Origin: an uncultured Chloroflexia bacterium
Lineage (GTDB): Bacteria; Chloroflexota; Limnocylindria; Limnocylindrales; CSP1-4
Length of the DNA stretch: 64,000 nucleotides
NCBI GenBank assembly: GCA_963748625.1
Contig: CAVVJT010000004.1
Coordinates: 128,001 to 192,000 of the forward strand
Direction of reading: 5' to 3'
Shown one piece after another: positions 26,750-36,809 of the stretch. Within the stretch, counting starts at the first letter, position 1. Every line of letters begins with the position of its first letter. A program made the translations under genes and the position numbers. The notes beneath the pieces were generated by a model. The model ran no database searches and had not been told where the DNA came from. It saw only the letters and a program-made list of their open reading frames with translations.

Positions 26750-28872
26750 CTACCGGGGCGGCGCCGGGGGCGGCTGGTCGTTCCTGCCCTTCACGTACGC
26801 GTCGAGCAGCGTCCCGATCGTGATGTCCCCGTAGCGGCCGGACAGCTCATCGCGGGCGGCCCCCCAGAGCGAGCGCAGCGTTCGCGGCCCACTCCGCTCG
26901 AGGTCGCGCAGGCGCGTCCCACCGAACCGCTCGATGCCCGGGATGCGGATCAGCTCCTCGGCGAGACGGGAGGCCGAGTCACTCAGGGTGGACTGCTCGG
27001 TGATGCCGATGCTGCTCCCGGCCGCCTTGACCACTCGACGGACATCACCCGGGGCCAGGTCCGAGACGGGTGGCATCGGCGGGAGCTGGGACGACAGGCC
27101 GCCCATCGAGCCGGCCTTGGCCTGGACCGCCTCGGCCTTCGCCTGCGTGTCCGCCATGGTCCTGGCGGCGGCGTCGAACCGCTCGGCCGGTGTGGCCTCG
27201 GGCGACGGCGTCGATGCCCCTGCGGCGTCGGCACGGGACGAGCCGGATGACGAGCCGGATGAGGCAGACGCGGACGCGGCCCCGGGGCCCGACCCGGATG
27301 CCGGCGCGGGGGCCGTCGGATCGCCTGCGGGGGCGCCCCCGGAACCACCGGAACCGCCGGGGCCACCCGACGCCGCCGGGGCCGCTGGGGCCGCTCGGGG
27401 CCGCCGGGGCCGCGATCGGGGTCGTCCTTGGCCCTGCCCACGGCCTTCGCTGCAGCGACCGGATGCTCCTCGCCCGGCTTCCTGCCAATGGCCGAATTGA
27501 GCAGTTCGGGGATGTCGATCCCCGTCAGGCCCTTCACCGTGGCGGAGGCCTCTGCGAGCGTGCGCGTCGTGGTCTTGACCACGTCGGACGCACCCTCCGA
27601 TGAGAGCACCGTCAGGCTGTCGATCCTGCCGAGCGGCTCGGCCGCGGCCCTGACGATCTCCGGGAGCATCGAGAGGACGGTCGAGATGATGGCCGCCTCG
27701 TTGAACTGGCGGTAGGCGTCCGCCCGCAGGGCCAGTGCCTTCGCCTCGGCCTCGCCCTTGGTGAACGTGATGCCGGCCTCGGCGTTGCCCTCGAGGGTGG
27801 TCTGGTGGGCGATTGCCGTGGCATTGACCTCGGTGACCCGCGCCTGCGCCTCGCCCTTCGTGATCTGGACGAATGCTTCGGCCTGGCCGGCGAGCTTGAC
27901 GCGCTCCGCCTCGGCCTGGGCCTGGGCGATGCGCGCGCCCTTGTCGCCCTCGGCGCGGCGGATCTGGGCCTCCGCCTCGGCCTCGGCCGGACGGATCGTG
28001 CTGGCGATGAGCTCCTTCTGCTTGCGGTCGGCCTCGAGCTGGGCCAGCTCGGTCTGCCGCTTGACCACCTCCTGCTGGGCCTCGGCCTGGGCGAGCGGAC
28101 CGGCCTGCGCGGCCTTGGCCTCGGCGGACGCGGTCAGGGCCTCGACCTCGGCCTGGCGGAGCGAGACGTCACGCTGGGCGTTGAGCTTGATCTGCATGGA
28201 CTCGGCCTCGCGGACCGCGGCCTCCTGGTCGGCCGTGGCCTTGGCCATGCGGGCGTCCCGCTCGCGGCGGGCCGTCTCCTGCTGGCCGATGAGGTCCATG
28301 TACCCGACCTCATCGCGGATGGCCTGGATCGTGAAGTTGTCGATCGCGAGGCCGGAGGTTGCGAGGTCGGCCTTGGCTGCCCCCTGGACCTCCTGCTGGA
28401 ACTTCTGGCGGTCATAGTTGAGCTCCTCGACGGTCAGCGTGCCGACGATCGAGCGGAGCGACCCCTCGAGGACGTTCTTGACGATCGAGTCGAGCAGGTC
28501 CTCGTGGTCGAGGAAGCGCTCGGCCGCATTGCGGATGGACTCCTCGTCGCCGCCGATCTTCACGGTCGCGACACCCTGCACCGCGACCTTGATGCCCTGC
28601 TTGGTCACGGCATCCGAGAGGTTGACGTTGATCTGGCGCGCGGACAGGTGGATCCGGCCCAGCTTGTGGACGAGCGGCAGGACGATCACGCGCCCCGCGC
28701 GCACGACCTTGAGCTGCGCCGGCGCCCCGCCGAACACCCCGCCGGTGCGCACGAGCGCCTCGTTCGCCCCCGCCACCTTCACGCGGCTCGTCGCATAGGC
28801 GACGAGCAGGACGACGATGATGATCGGGATGAGCACCGCGATGATGCTGCCGTCGAACTCGAACAAGCCCAC
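26750..28872 (-). CDS. Flotillin (SPFH plus AE-rich coiled coil) with a Gly/Ser linker and an extra C-terminal domain; frameshifted near 27370-27400
   Basis: NEALVRTG, VTKQGIKVAVQGVA, EGSLRSIVGTLTVEE, AEAEAE repeats, MLPEIVRAAAEPL. After DRGPGGP the protein-like reading (GGSGGSGG...ERFDAAARTMADTQ) continues in the frame of ORF 26750..27157. Confidence 0.85.
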
Positions 28873-28874
28873 GA

Positions 28875-29426
28875 TTAGCCCTCCACGGCCGGCTGCTGCG
28901 CGGCCTCTGCCTCATCGCGCACGATGACCGAGGTCCCGGCCACGCCGGTCACCCGTACCGTCCGCCCGGCGGGGATGTCCCGCTCGGAGGTGGCGGCGAA
29001 CTCATGCGTCTGGCCTTCCGCCTTCACCAGCACGCTGCCGAAACGGTTGGCCGGGATGGCGACGCTCACGTACGCGTCGTCTCCGACCAGGTCGCCGATC
29101 TTGAACGGCTCCTCGCTCTCGCTGCGCTTGAGGAAGCCGAACAGCGCACCTGCGAACAAGGCGCCCGCCACGCCTGAGACGACGCCGATGATCGCTGCTG
29201 GCGCACCGTGCAGGTCGAGCACCTGGGTGGCGAACAGGCCGCCCGCCCCGAACATGCCGACGAAGCCCAGCAGGATGGGGGTCACCGTGGTGCCGCCGAT
29301 ATCCAAGCCGAAGCCGTCGAACAGGCCACCGATGATGTCGTCGAAGACGACGGTGATCAGGAGGAGCACGCCCCCGACGAGCGCGGCCACGGCGAAGATC
29401 CCGTCCTCGATGGGGATGTCAATCAT
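28875..29426 (-). CDS. NfeD-like flotillin partner (YqiJ/YuaF-type)
   Basis: TM segments; GFVGMFGAGG; C-terminal OB fold (VSVAIPANRFGSV...IPAGRTVRVTGV); directly upstream of the flotillin. Confidence 0.85.
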   Translation of the reverse strand: MIDIPIEDGIFAVAALVGGVLLLITVVFDDIIGGLFDGFGLDIGGTTVTPILLGFVGMFGAGGLFATQVLDLHGAPAAIIGVVSGVAGALFAGALFGFLKRSESEEPFKIGDLVGDDAYVSVAIPANRFGSVLVKAEGQTHEFAATSERDIPAGRTVRVTGVAGTSVIVRDEAEAAQQPAVEG

Positions 29427-29591
29427 CGGATGCCTGCCCTGCCTCCCCGGTGGCGCCTGGCGGCGCAACAGTCAACCGGCGCGCCGGGCACGGTCGACTG
29501 GGGCAAGCATAGAGGCCGGGGGCGGTCGCGGAAAGGCGTGCCGGACGCGGCGGCATGGACGAGCGTCCTGATCGTGCGCGCCCGCGCTCGC

Positions 29592-30173
29592 TCAGTTGGT
29601 GCCGGGGGTCTCCGGGGCGTCGTCCGGGGGCGCATCGCCTGCACCGAACAGCAGGCGGGCCCAGGACTCCAGCGGGGTCACCACGACAACCTCCGTGCCC
29701 AAGCGGACGGATGCGGATCCAGGGGCATCCGGGGGCAGGGCTGGAGCGCCTTCCGCGAGGACGAAGGGGATCTCCTTCGCTGTTCCCAGGCGATAGCTGC
29801 GCGCCGCCTGCTCGATGTAGGCCTGGCGCTGGATCAGGGCGAGCTCGGCTTCAAGCGCCGTGGCCTCGGCCTCCAGGAGGGCATTGTCCGTGCGCATCGC
29901 GGCGGCACGAGCGGTCGCCTCCCCTGCCTCGCCCACCTGGCGCGCGAACAGCAGGATGACCCAGGCGGCGACGATGGCACCCAGGAGGATCGCGATCCGC
30001 CGCCGGGTGAGGCCGGCGACCGGCAGATCGGCGAGTGAACCCAGCGCGGCGATGGAGGCCGGCGAAGGCATACCTGCGCCGACCACCGGCTCCGGGTTCC
30101 CATTCGCGTCGGTCGCGTCGGGGACGCCGGATCCCGGTGTGCTGATCGGGGGCTTGGAGGTGCGTCGAAGCAT
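29592..30173 (-). CDS. Septum formation initiator (FtsB/DivIC-like)
   Basis: Single TM, then a coiled coil (NALLEAEATALEAEL) and YIEQAARSYRLG..KEIPF, like the DivIC IE..AR..LG...GE motif. Confidence 0.7.
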   Translation of the reverse strand: MLRRTSKPPISTPGSGVPDATDANGNPEPVVGAGMPSPASIAALGSLADLPVAGLTRRRIAILLGAIVAAWVILLFARQVGEAGEATARAAAMRTDNALLEAEATALEAELALIQRQAYIEQAARSYRLGTAKEIPFVLAEGAPALPPDAPGSASVRLGTEVVVVTPLESWARLLFGAGDAPPDDAPETPGTN

Positions 30174-30282
30174 CGGCCCGAGGGTAGCTGCGCCTGATTC
30201 CGCTGTCAACTCGGTTCGTGCAGGTGATTCACGATGCGCGACTGTGTCACGCAAGGTGGCACAGGGCCTTCCCATGGTGGCG

Positions 30283-30312
30283 TAGACTCCGGGTCAAACC
30301 GATCACCTGTTC
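30283..30312 (+). promoter_or_regulatory. -10 hexamer (TAGACT) and probable LexA/SOS box (GATC-ACCT-GTTC)
   Basis: One mismatch to GAAC-N4-GTTC; lies between the -10 hexamer and the SD of a DNA-repair helicase. Confidence 0.6.
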
Positions 30313-30333
30313 GAAATGGAGGCCGCGGCCGGC

Positions 30334-32664
30334 ATGCGAACCTACGCTCCCGCCAGCACCCGGGCGGTGCTGGAGCAGCTGCTCGAGGAGCCGTCCCTCG
30401 CCCGCGGCGTCGTCCACCACGAGGTCCGCGATGCTCGGGCCGCAGCGTACGCGGACTGGCCGGTCTGGCTGGATCCCAGGATCCGGAACGGCTTGGCAAG
30501 ACGCGGTATCGAGCGGCCCTACACGCACCAGGCGGATGCCATCGAGGCCGTGCACGCGGGCAGGGACGTCGTGGTGGTGACACCCACCGCGTCCGGGAAG
30601 TCCCTCTGCTACACCGTGCCGGTCCTGCAGGCGCTGGCGGAGGATCCGTCGGCACGTGCGCTGTTCCTGTTCCCCACCAAGGCGCTCGGCCAGGACCAGA
30701 CGACGGAATTCGGGGAGCTGGTCCAGGACGCCGGGCTGCAGGTCTCGTCGGCCTGCTACGACGGGGACACGCCGGCGCCCATCCGGTCCGCCGTCCGCAA
30801 GGCCGGGCAGGTGGTGGTCACCAACCCGGACATGCTCCACTCGGCGATCCTCCCCCACCACACCAAGTGGTTCCAGCTGTTCGAGCAGCTCCGGGTCATC
30901 GTCATCGACGAGCTGCACACCTACCGGGGCGTGTTCGGGTCGCATGTGGCGAACGTCCTGCGCCGGCTCCTGCGCCTCTGCGCCCACTACGGATCGAACC
31001 CGGTGATCGTGTGCTGCTCCGCCACGATCGGGAACCCCGCCGAACTGGCGGAGACGCTCACAGGCAGGCCGGTGCAGCTCATCGACAGGAACGGGGCGCC
31101 CGCGGGTGAGAAGCACCTGCTGCTCGTGGATCCGCCGGTGATGGACCCGGCAACGGGCGCACGCGGTTCCGCGCTCACGCTGGCACAACGGTGGGCGCTC
31201 CCGTTCCTGAAGGCGGGCCGCCAGACCGTGGTCTTCGGCAAGAGCCGGGTGGCGGTCGAGATCATGCTCTCGAACCTGCGGGAGACATTGCGGGCGGACC
31301 TCGGGCCGCGCAGCCGTATCCGCGGCTACCGGGGCGGCTACCTGCCCACGGAGCGCCGGTCGATCGAGCGGGGGCTGCGTGATGGCGAGGTGCTGGGCGT
31401 GGTGTCCACCAATGCCCTCGAGCTGGGCGTGGACATCGGACGCCTCGATGTCGCGGTGCTCGCCGGGTACCCGGGCTCGATCGCGGCAACGTGGCAGCAG
31501 ATGGGCCGGGCCGGCCGGCGCGGCGACGTGTCGGTCGCGGTCCTCGTCGCCTCTCCTGCCCCGGTGGACCAGTACGTCATCCACCACCCGGAGTTCGTGC
31601 TGGGCGGGCGCCCGGAGGAGGCTCGCCTGGACCCGGACAACCTCCACGTCCTCCTGGCCCACATCCGCTGCGCATCATTCGAGCTGCCCTTCGAACCCGG
31701 TGAGTGGTTCGGGCCCGGCCCCGCCGATGACCTGCTCGCGTTCCTCGGCGAGGGCGGCGTGATCCGCCAGGCCGACGACGGGCGCTGGTACTGGAGCTCG
31801 GAGAACTTCCCGGCGTCGGAGGTGTCCTTGCGGGCCGCCGCGCCCGAGAACGTGGTGATCATCGACACGACGCCGGACCGGCCGCGGGTCCTCGGTGAGG
31901 TGGACCTGTTCAGCGCGCAGGTCCTCGTCCACCAGCACGCGATCTACATGCACGAGTCCACGCAGTACCACGTGGACCGGCTCGAGTGGGGCGAGCGCAA
32001 GGCGTATGTCCACAAGATCGACGCGGATCACTACACCTACGCGAACCGCGCGGTGACCCTCAAGCCGCTCGACGTCTTTGCGCAAGGACAGGCGACGGGC
32101 GGCACCCGTGTCCACGGCGAGGTGATGGTCGCCTCGCTGGTCACGCTGTACAAGAAGCTCAAGTTCGTCACGGACGAGAACGTCGGCTGGGGGCCGATCG
32201 ACCTGCCGGAGATCGAGCTGCAGACGACGGCCTACTGGCTGACCGCCGAAGGGGCGGCGCATGGCTGGCGGCGGGACGAGCTGGACGTGGCGCTGATCGG
32301 GGCCGGTCGGGCGATCCAGGCCGTGGCCGCCGTGCTCCTGATGGTGGATCCGCGCGACCTCGGTCTGGTGTCGCAGGTTCGCTCACCCCATCACGAGGCG
32401 CCCACGATCTACCTGTACGAGGCGGTGCCCGGCGGCGTAGGGCTCTCCGAGCGGCTGTTCGCCCGGCACGACGAGCTGGTCGTGGGGGCAGCCGAGCTGA
32501 TCCGGGCCTGCCCGTGTGAGGCCGGCTGTCCTGCGTGCACCGGGCCGCGTCTGGAGCCCGAGGTGGACGGCAAGGCCCTGGCGTTGCGGCTGCTCGGGTC
32601 GCTCGGCTCACAGGCGGAGCATCCCGCCGTGGCCGAGACGGCCCCCAGGGCCGCGGTCGCATGA
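30334..32664 (+). CDS. mrfA: DEAH-box helicase with DUF1998/C-terminal 4-Cys cluster (MrfA/YprA/Hrq1 family)
   Basis: YTHQA, TPTASGKS, DELH, SATIGNP, STNALELGVDIG, QQMGRAGRR, YEAVPGGVG, CPCEAGCPAC. Confidence 0.9.
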   Translation: MRTYAPASTRAVLEQLLEEPSLARGVVHHEVRDARAAAYADWPVWLDPRIRNGLARRGIERPYTHQADAIEAVHAGRDVVVVTPTASGKSLCYTVPVLQALAEDPSARALFLFPTKALGQDQTTEFGELVQDAGLQVSSACYDGDTPAPIRSAVRKAGQVVVTNPDMLHSAILPHHTKWFQLFEQLRVIVIDELHTYRGVFGSHVANVLRRLLRLCAHYGSNPVIVCCSATIGNPAELAETLTGRPVQLIDRNGAPAGEKHLLLVDPPVMDPATGARGSALTLAQRWALPFLKAGRQTVVFGKSRVAVEIMLSNLRETLRADLGPRSRIRGYRGGYLPTERRSIERGLRDGEVLGVVSTNALELGVDIGRLDVAVLAGYPGSIAATWQQMGRAGRRGDVSVAVLVASPAPVDQYVIHHPEFVLGGRPEEARLDPDNLHVLLAHIRCASFELPFEPGEWFGPGPADDLLAFLGEGGVIRQADDGRWYWSSENFPASEVSLRAAAPENVVIIDTTPDRPRVLGEVDLFSAQVLVHQHAIYMHESTQYHVDRLEWGERKAYVHKIDADHYTYANRAVTLKPLDVFAQGQATGGTRVHGEVMVASLVTLYKKLKFVTDENVGWGPIDLPEIELQTTAYWLTAEGAAHGWRRDELDVALIGAGRAIQAVAAVLLMVDPRDLGLVSQVRSPHHEAPTIYLYEAVPGGVGLSERLFARHDELVVGAAELIRACPCEAGCPACTGPRLEPEVDGKALALRLLGSLGSQAEHPAVAETAPRAAVA

Positions 32665-34136
32665 CGCTCGAGTCGCCCATCCCCGTCACGCGCGAACGCC
32701 GGCTCGCCAACCTCCGGGCGACCATGGCCCGGTCGGGTGGGGGCATGGGCGGCGCGGACATCGAGCCCGCGCGGGCGCCGTTCGCGGGACGTCGGGCTCC
32801 GGAGCTGGCGGGGCGCCTCGCCCAGGCCCTGGCGGCCGACGTGGTGGGAGACGCCGGTGGCGTCCTGGTACGCCGCACGGTGGCGCCCGTGCAGATCCCG
32901 CTGGACCGCGATCGGCTCGCCCGGCTCCCCGGCCATCCCCCCGCGGAGGTCCCTCTGGTCTGCCTGGACACGGAGACCACTGGTCTCGCCACGGCTGCGG
33001 GCACGCTCGCCTTCCTGGTGGGGCTGGCTCGCTGGGAGGGCGACACGTTCCACCAGGTCCAGCTCCTGCTGCCGGACCACGCGGACGAGCCCGCGCTCCT
33101 GGCCGAGATCGCGCGATGGGTCACACCTGATGCATGGCTCGTGACGTACAACGGCAAGGGCTTCGACTGGCCACTGATGGAGGCCCGGTACCGGCTCGCC
33201 GGCCGCGCCGCGCCCGAGCATGCGGGTCACCTGGACCTGCTGCCGTTCGTGCGCAAGGTGTTCAAGCACCGGATGGAGAACGCCCGCCTGCGCTCGGTCG
33301 AGACGGAGTTGCTCGGTGTCTCGCGCACCGGCGACGTGGAGGGCTGGGAGATCCCGCAGATCTACCTCGAGGTGCTGCGCGGGGGTCCGATCGGGCCACT
33401 GGCCGGCGTCGTGATCCACAACGAGAAGGACGTGCGCTCGCTGGGGCTGCTGCTCGCCCATGTTGAGCACAAGTACGCGGACCGGGCGTCACGCCACGAG
33501 GCGCCGCGCGGGGACCTCGCCGGTCTCGCGAGGGCCTACGCCCGGATCCGCCGCCACGACGAGGCGCTGGAGTGCCTGGACGATGCCCTCGCCGCGCCAC
33601 CGCCGGTGCGCGATCCCTTCGGGCGGACGCCGCTCGCGGCGGCGCTTGCCCGTGAGGCCGCCCAAGATGACCGTGATGCCTGGTGGACGACGAGAACCCG
33701 TCCTGACTTCGGTGGCCGGGCGCCGCGTGGCGGCTGGCGCGGCGATCGCGCGAATGGCCGCGGCGGCCCGCTGGGGCTGAGCCCCTCGGCGTCGGCCTGG
33801 GACACGCCAACAGACCGCTGGACCGACGAACGCCTCGCGGCCGAGCGTGCCCGGACGCTGCGGAGGCTCGGCAGGTGGGCCGAGGCGGCGGAGGCCTGGC
33901 AGGCGGCCGCGGCTGGCGGCGGGGGGATCGGGGTCATCGCCTGGATCGAGATCGCCAAGCTTCGCGAGCACAAGCTCGCAGACCACGGCGGCGCGCTCGC
34001 GGCCACGCGGGCTGCCTGGAGGCTGCTGGAGCGGCTCCGGGCGACGGGTCGGCCGCACCCGCGCCTCGAGGCGGACCTCCAGCGGCGCGGGGAGCGGCTG
34101 GCGAATCGAGTGCGGCGAGAAGCGGTGAGCCCCTGA
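32661..34136 (+). CDS. mrfB: RNase H-like DEDD exonuclease with a TPR-like C-terminus (MrfB/YprB family)
   Basis: LDTETTGL, TYNGKGFDWP, HLDLL, HNEKDV; ATGA overlap with the helicase. Confidence 0.85.
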   Translation: MTLESPIPVTRERRLANLRATMARSGGGMGGADIEPARAPFAGRRAPELAGRLAQALAADVVGDAGGVLVRRTVAPVQIPLDRDRLARLPGHPPAEVPLVCLDTETTGLATAAGTLAFLVGLARWEGDTFHQVQLLLPDHADEPALLAEIARWVTPDAWLVTYNGKGFDWPLMEARYRLAGRAAPEHAGHLDLLPFVRKVFKHRMENARLRSVETELLGVSRTGDVEGWEIPQIYLEVLRGGPIGPLAGVVIHNEKDVRSLGLLLAHVEHKYADRASRHEAPRGDLAGLARAYARIRRHDEALECLDDALAAPPPVRDPFGRTPLAAALAREAAQDDRDAWWTTRTRPDFGGRAPRGGWRGDRANGRGGPLGLSPSASAWDTPTDRWTDERLAAERARTLRRLGRWAEAAEAWQAAAAGGGGIGVIAWIEIAKLREHKLADHGGALAATRAAWRLLERLRATGRPHPRLEADLQRRGERLANRVRREAVSP

Positions 34137-34185
34137 CGGCGATCCGTTTCCAGCTCGGGCCCGATGGGCGGATGCCCTGCGACGA

Positions 34186-35100
34186 TCAGTCCGGGTTGTC
34201 GCCGCCGTGCATGCGCTCGATCGCGTCCGCGAGGTACGGGACGCCATAGACGCCCGGGCCCTCGAGGATCAGCGAGCCGACGGCGGCGCCCAGGCGCAGG
34301 TCCGGATCCGGCCCGTCCCAGTCCGCCGTGGTCTCGGGATGCACCCAGACCGCGAACACACCGGAGAGGAACGTGTCCCCGGCACCCACCGGGTCCACAT
34401 ACTTGCGGATCGGGATGGAATGCCAGTGACGCGGCTCGAGCTGGTCGGGCGTGTCGCCCACCTTGTAGGCCGTGCCGCCGTGGACACCGTTCGTGAACAA
34501 CAGCGTCGCGCCGGGCTTCATGAACGCGGCCAGATCCTCGGGCATCGTCGTTTCGGTCACGTCGTCCGCGCCCACACCGATGAGGTCGGCACGCAGAGCC
34601 ACGGGCGAGGGGCGCGGCTGCAGGTGGTGAACCGGTGCGCCTGCCTTCAGGACGCGCAGCATGCCCTGCCAGCCGAGGCCGACCAGCGCGTCGGCGGGCA
34701 CGACATCGGCCCACTCGTCTCCAACTTCCGCCGCCACGGGGGCGAGCATCCAGGCCCTGGCGTCGCGCCATTCGACTGGAAGGCACGCGGGGTCCACGGC
34801 ATCGGAGATCTGCGGCGTGTGCTGGACGCGGCCGTTGGGGGTCTCGACATTGATGAAGATCGGGCCTTTGCTGCCGGGGATCACCCGGACGTCCACGCCG
34901 GCCGCGCGGACCATGTCGAGCTCCGCCGAGGAGGCGGCCAGCTCGTCGGCAACCACGAGGGCGCCCACCCTGAGACCGAGACGTGCGAGCGCGAGCGCCG
35001 AGTACGAGGCACCCCCGCCGAGACGCCATCCGCGCTCGTCGTCGTCCACGAGGTCACGGCACGCGGCCCCAACGACCACGACCTGCGGCGTCTCGCTCAT
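34186..35100 (-). CDS. PfkB-family carbohydrate kinase
   Basis: LGGGASYSA; DPVGAGDTF anion-hole motif. Confidence 0.85.
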   Translation of the reverse strand: MSETPQVVVVGAACRDLVDDDERGWRLGGGASYSALALARLGLRVGALVVADELAASSAELDMVRAAGVDVRVIPGSKGPIFINVETPNGRVQHTPQISDAVDPACLPVEWRDARAWMLAPVAAEVGDEWADVVPADALVGLGWQGMLRVLKAGAPVHHLQPRPSPVALRADLIGVGADDVTETTMPEDLAAFMKPGATLLFTNGVHGGTAYKVGDTPDQLEPRHWHSIPIRKYVDPVGAGDTFLSGVFAVWVHPETTADWDGPDPDLRLGAAVGSLILEGPGVYGVPYLADAIERMHGGDNPD

Positions 35101-35206
35101 CCGTCCTCCACGGGGCCGTCATGAACCCCACCTATACTGGCCGTCCCCGCGCGCAGGCGCGCGCCTCCCGGCCGCTGGCGGCCGCTTCCGACCGAGGGTA
35201 GCAACT

Positions 35207-35551
35207 ATGCACTTCTACGAGCTTCACGAAGGCGACGGCGACGTCTTCGCCGACCTGACCCTTGCCCGCGAGGACGAGATGGAGCCGGAGGAGTTCTTCG
35301 ACATCGTCCAGTCGATCCGCCGGCGCATCCAGGACTCCTACGAGACGCAGACGCTGATCGAGGCGATCGCCAACGAGCTCGAGGCCGACTACGAGTTCAT
35401 CGCGATCACGGACGAGCGCCTGACGGCGGCGATCAACGTGTCGAAGGATGACGAGGAGAACTTCCTCGCGGACCTCGATGCACCCGACGACGAGCTGGAC
35501 TACGCAACGATCCTCGCGGATCTCCAGACGGAGTCCAGGCGACCGAACTAG
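35207..35551 (+). CDS. Acidic hypothetical protein
   Basis: MHFYELHEGDGDVFADL...; typical high-GC codon usage; upstream TATACT hexamer. Confidence 0.75.
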   Translation: MHFYELHEGDGDVFADLTLAREDEMEPEEFFDIVQSIRRRIQDSYETQTLIEAIANELEADYEFIAITDERLTAAINVSKDDEENFLADLDAPDDELDYATILADLQTESRRPN

Positions 35552-35658
35552 GCGGACTCGGGCCAGCGGGCGCCAGCGCGCCGGGGTAGAGCACGCTCAG
35601 CAGCGCGCGCGGGTTGGCCTCTGCGGGCGCGGCCGGCCCGGAGCGCTGAGCCCGGGGG

Positions 35659-36762
35659 TCACTTCGAGAACAGGATCTCGATGACGTCCCCGTCCTTGAC
35701 GCGGTAGGTCTTGCCCTCGGAGCGGACCTTGCCGTGCTTCTTCGCCTCGGCGATGGACCCGAGGGCAAGGAGGTCCTCGTAGGGGATGGTCTCGGCCCGG
35801 ATGAACCCGCGCGCGAGGTCCGTGTGGATGGCGCCCGCCGCGTCGACCGCGGACGACCCAGCCGGGACCGGCCAGGCGCGAACCTCGTCCGGACCCGCGG
35901 TCAGGAAGGAGATCAGGCCCACGAGACGGTACGAGAGCTTGATGACCCGGTCCAGGGAGGACTCGACCAGGCCAAGCTCTTCCATGAACACGGCGGCCTC
36001 GTCGGCCTCGAGCTCGCCCAGCTCCATCTCGATCTTCGCCGACAGCGCGTCGACCATGGAGTGCTGGTGCTCATACCCGGAGCCGAGCGACGCCACCAGG
36101 GCCGGCGCCGTCGCCAGGTCACCCTCGCCCACGTTCAGGAGAACAAGCACGGGCTTCTGGGTGAGGAACCGGTAGCCGCGGAGCGCCTTCTCCTCGTCCT
36201 CATCGAGCGGCTCATCACGAATGGGGCGGCCACCTTCGAGGGCAGGCTTCAGCCGCTCCAGGATCGCCTGTTCGCGCTCGTTCGCCTCACGCTCGGCGGG
36301 AGTGCCATGGCGTCCTGAGCCGCGCAGCCGCTCGAGGCGCCGGTCCACCATCGCAAGGTCCGCGAGGATGAACTCGAGGTCGAGGTTCTCGAGGTCCCGT
36401 GCCGGATCGACGGAGCCTGCCGGGTGCGGGTGTGCGGCAGAATCCCAGGCCCGCACCACGTGGATGAGGGCATCGGAGTCGCGCAGGCGGGCGAGATGCT
36501 CGGCCGGCAGCTCCTCCGCGCCGACGTGGCCCTCGGTCGAGGCGGGGGGCGCGGGCAGGTCCACGTAGGTGACATCGGCGTGGACGATCTTCTTGGGCTT
36601 GAAGACCTCGGCCAGCCGGTTGAGCCGCTCGTCGGGCACCTTCACGACGCCGACGTTGAGCTGGAGGCCGCCGTAGCCGCCGGTCTCGGCATGCCCGCGC
36701 GTGAGAGTGTTGAAGACGGTGGTCTTGCCGCACCCGGCAAGGCCCACGATGGCGATCTGCAT
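35659..36762 (-). CDS. ychF: Ribosome-associated ATPase YchF
   Basis: IVGLAGCGKTTVFN, VKVPDERL, HVVRA, AGAIHTDLARGFIRAE, RSEGKTY.VKDGD. Confidence 0.93.
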   Translation of the reverse strand: MQIAIVGLAGCGKTTVFNTLTRGHAETGGYGGLQLNVGVVKVPDERLNRLAEVFKPKKIVHADVTYVDLPAPPASTEGHVGAEELPAEHLARLRDSDALIHVVRAWDSAAHPHPAGSVDPARDLENLDLEFILADLAMVDRRLERLRGSGRHGTPAEREANEREQAILERLKPALEGGRPIRDEPLDEDEEKALRGYRFLTQKPVLVLLNVGEGDLATAPALVASLGSGYEHQHSMVDALSAKIEMELGELEADEAAVFMEELGLVESSLDRVIKLSYRLVGLISFLTAGPDEVRAWPVPAGSSAVDAAGAIHTDLARGFIRAETIPYEDLLALGSIAEAKKHGKVRSEGKTYRVKDGDVIEILFSK

Positions 36763-36809
36763 GGCGTGATCGTACCGGGCGCCGCCTGCGCGCGGCCCGG
36801 GACCCGGGG

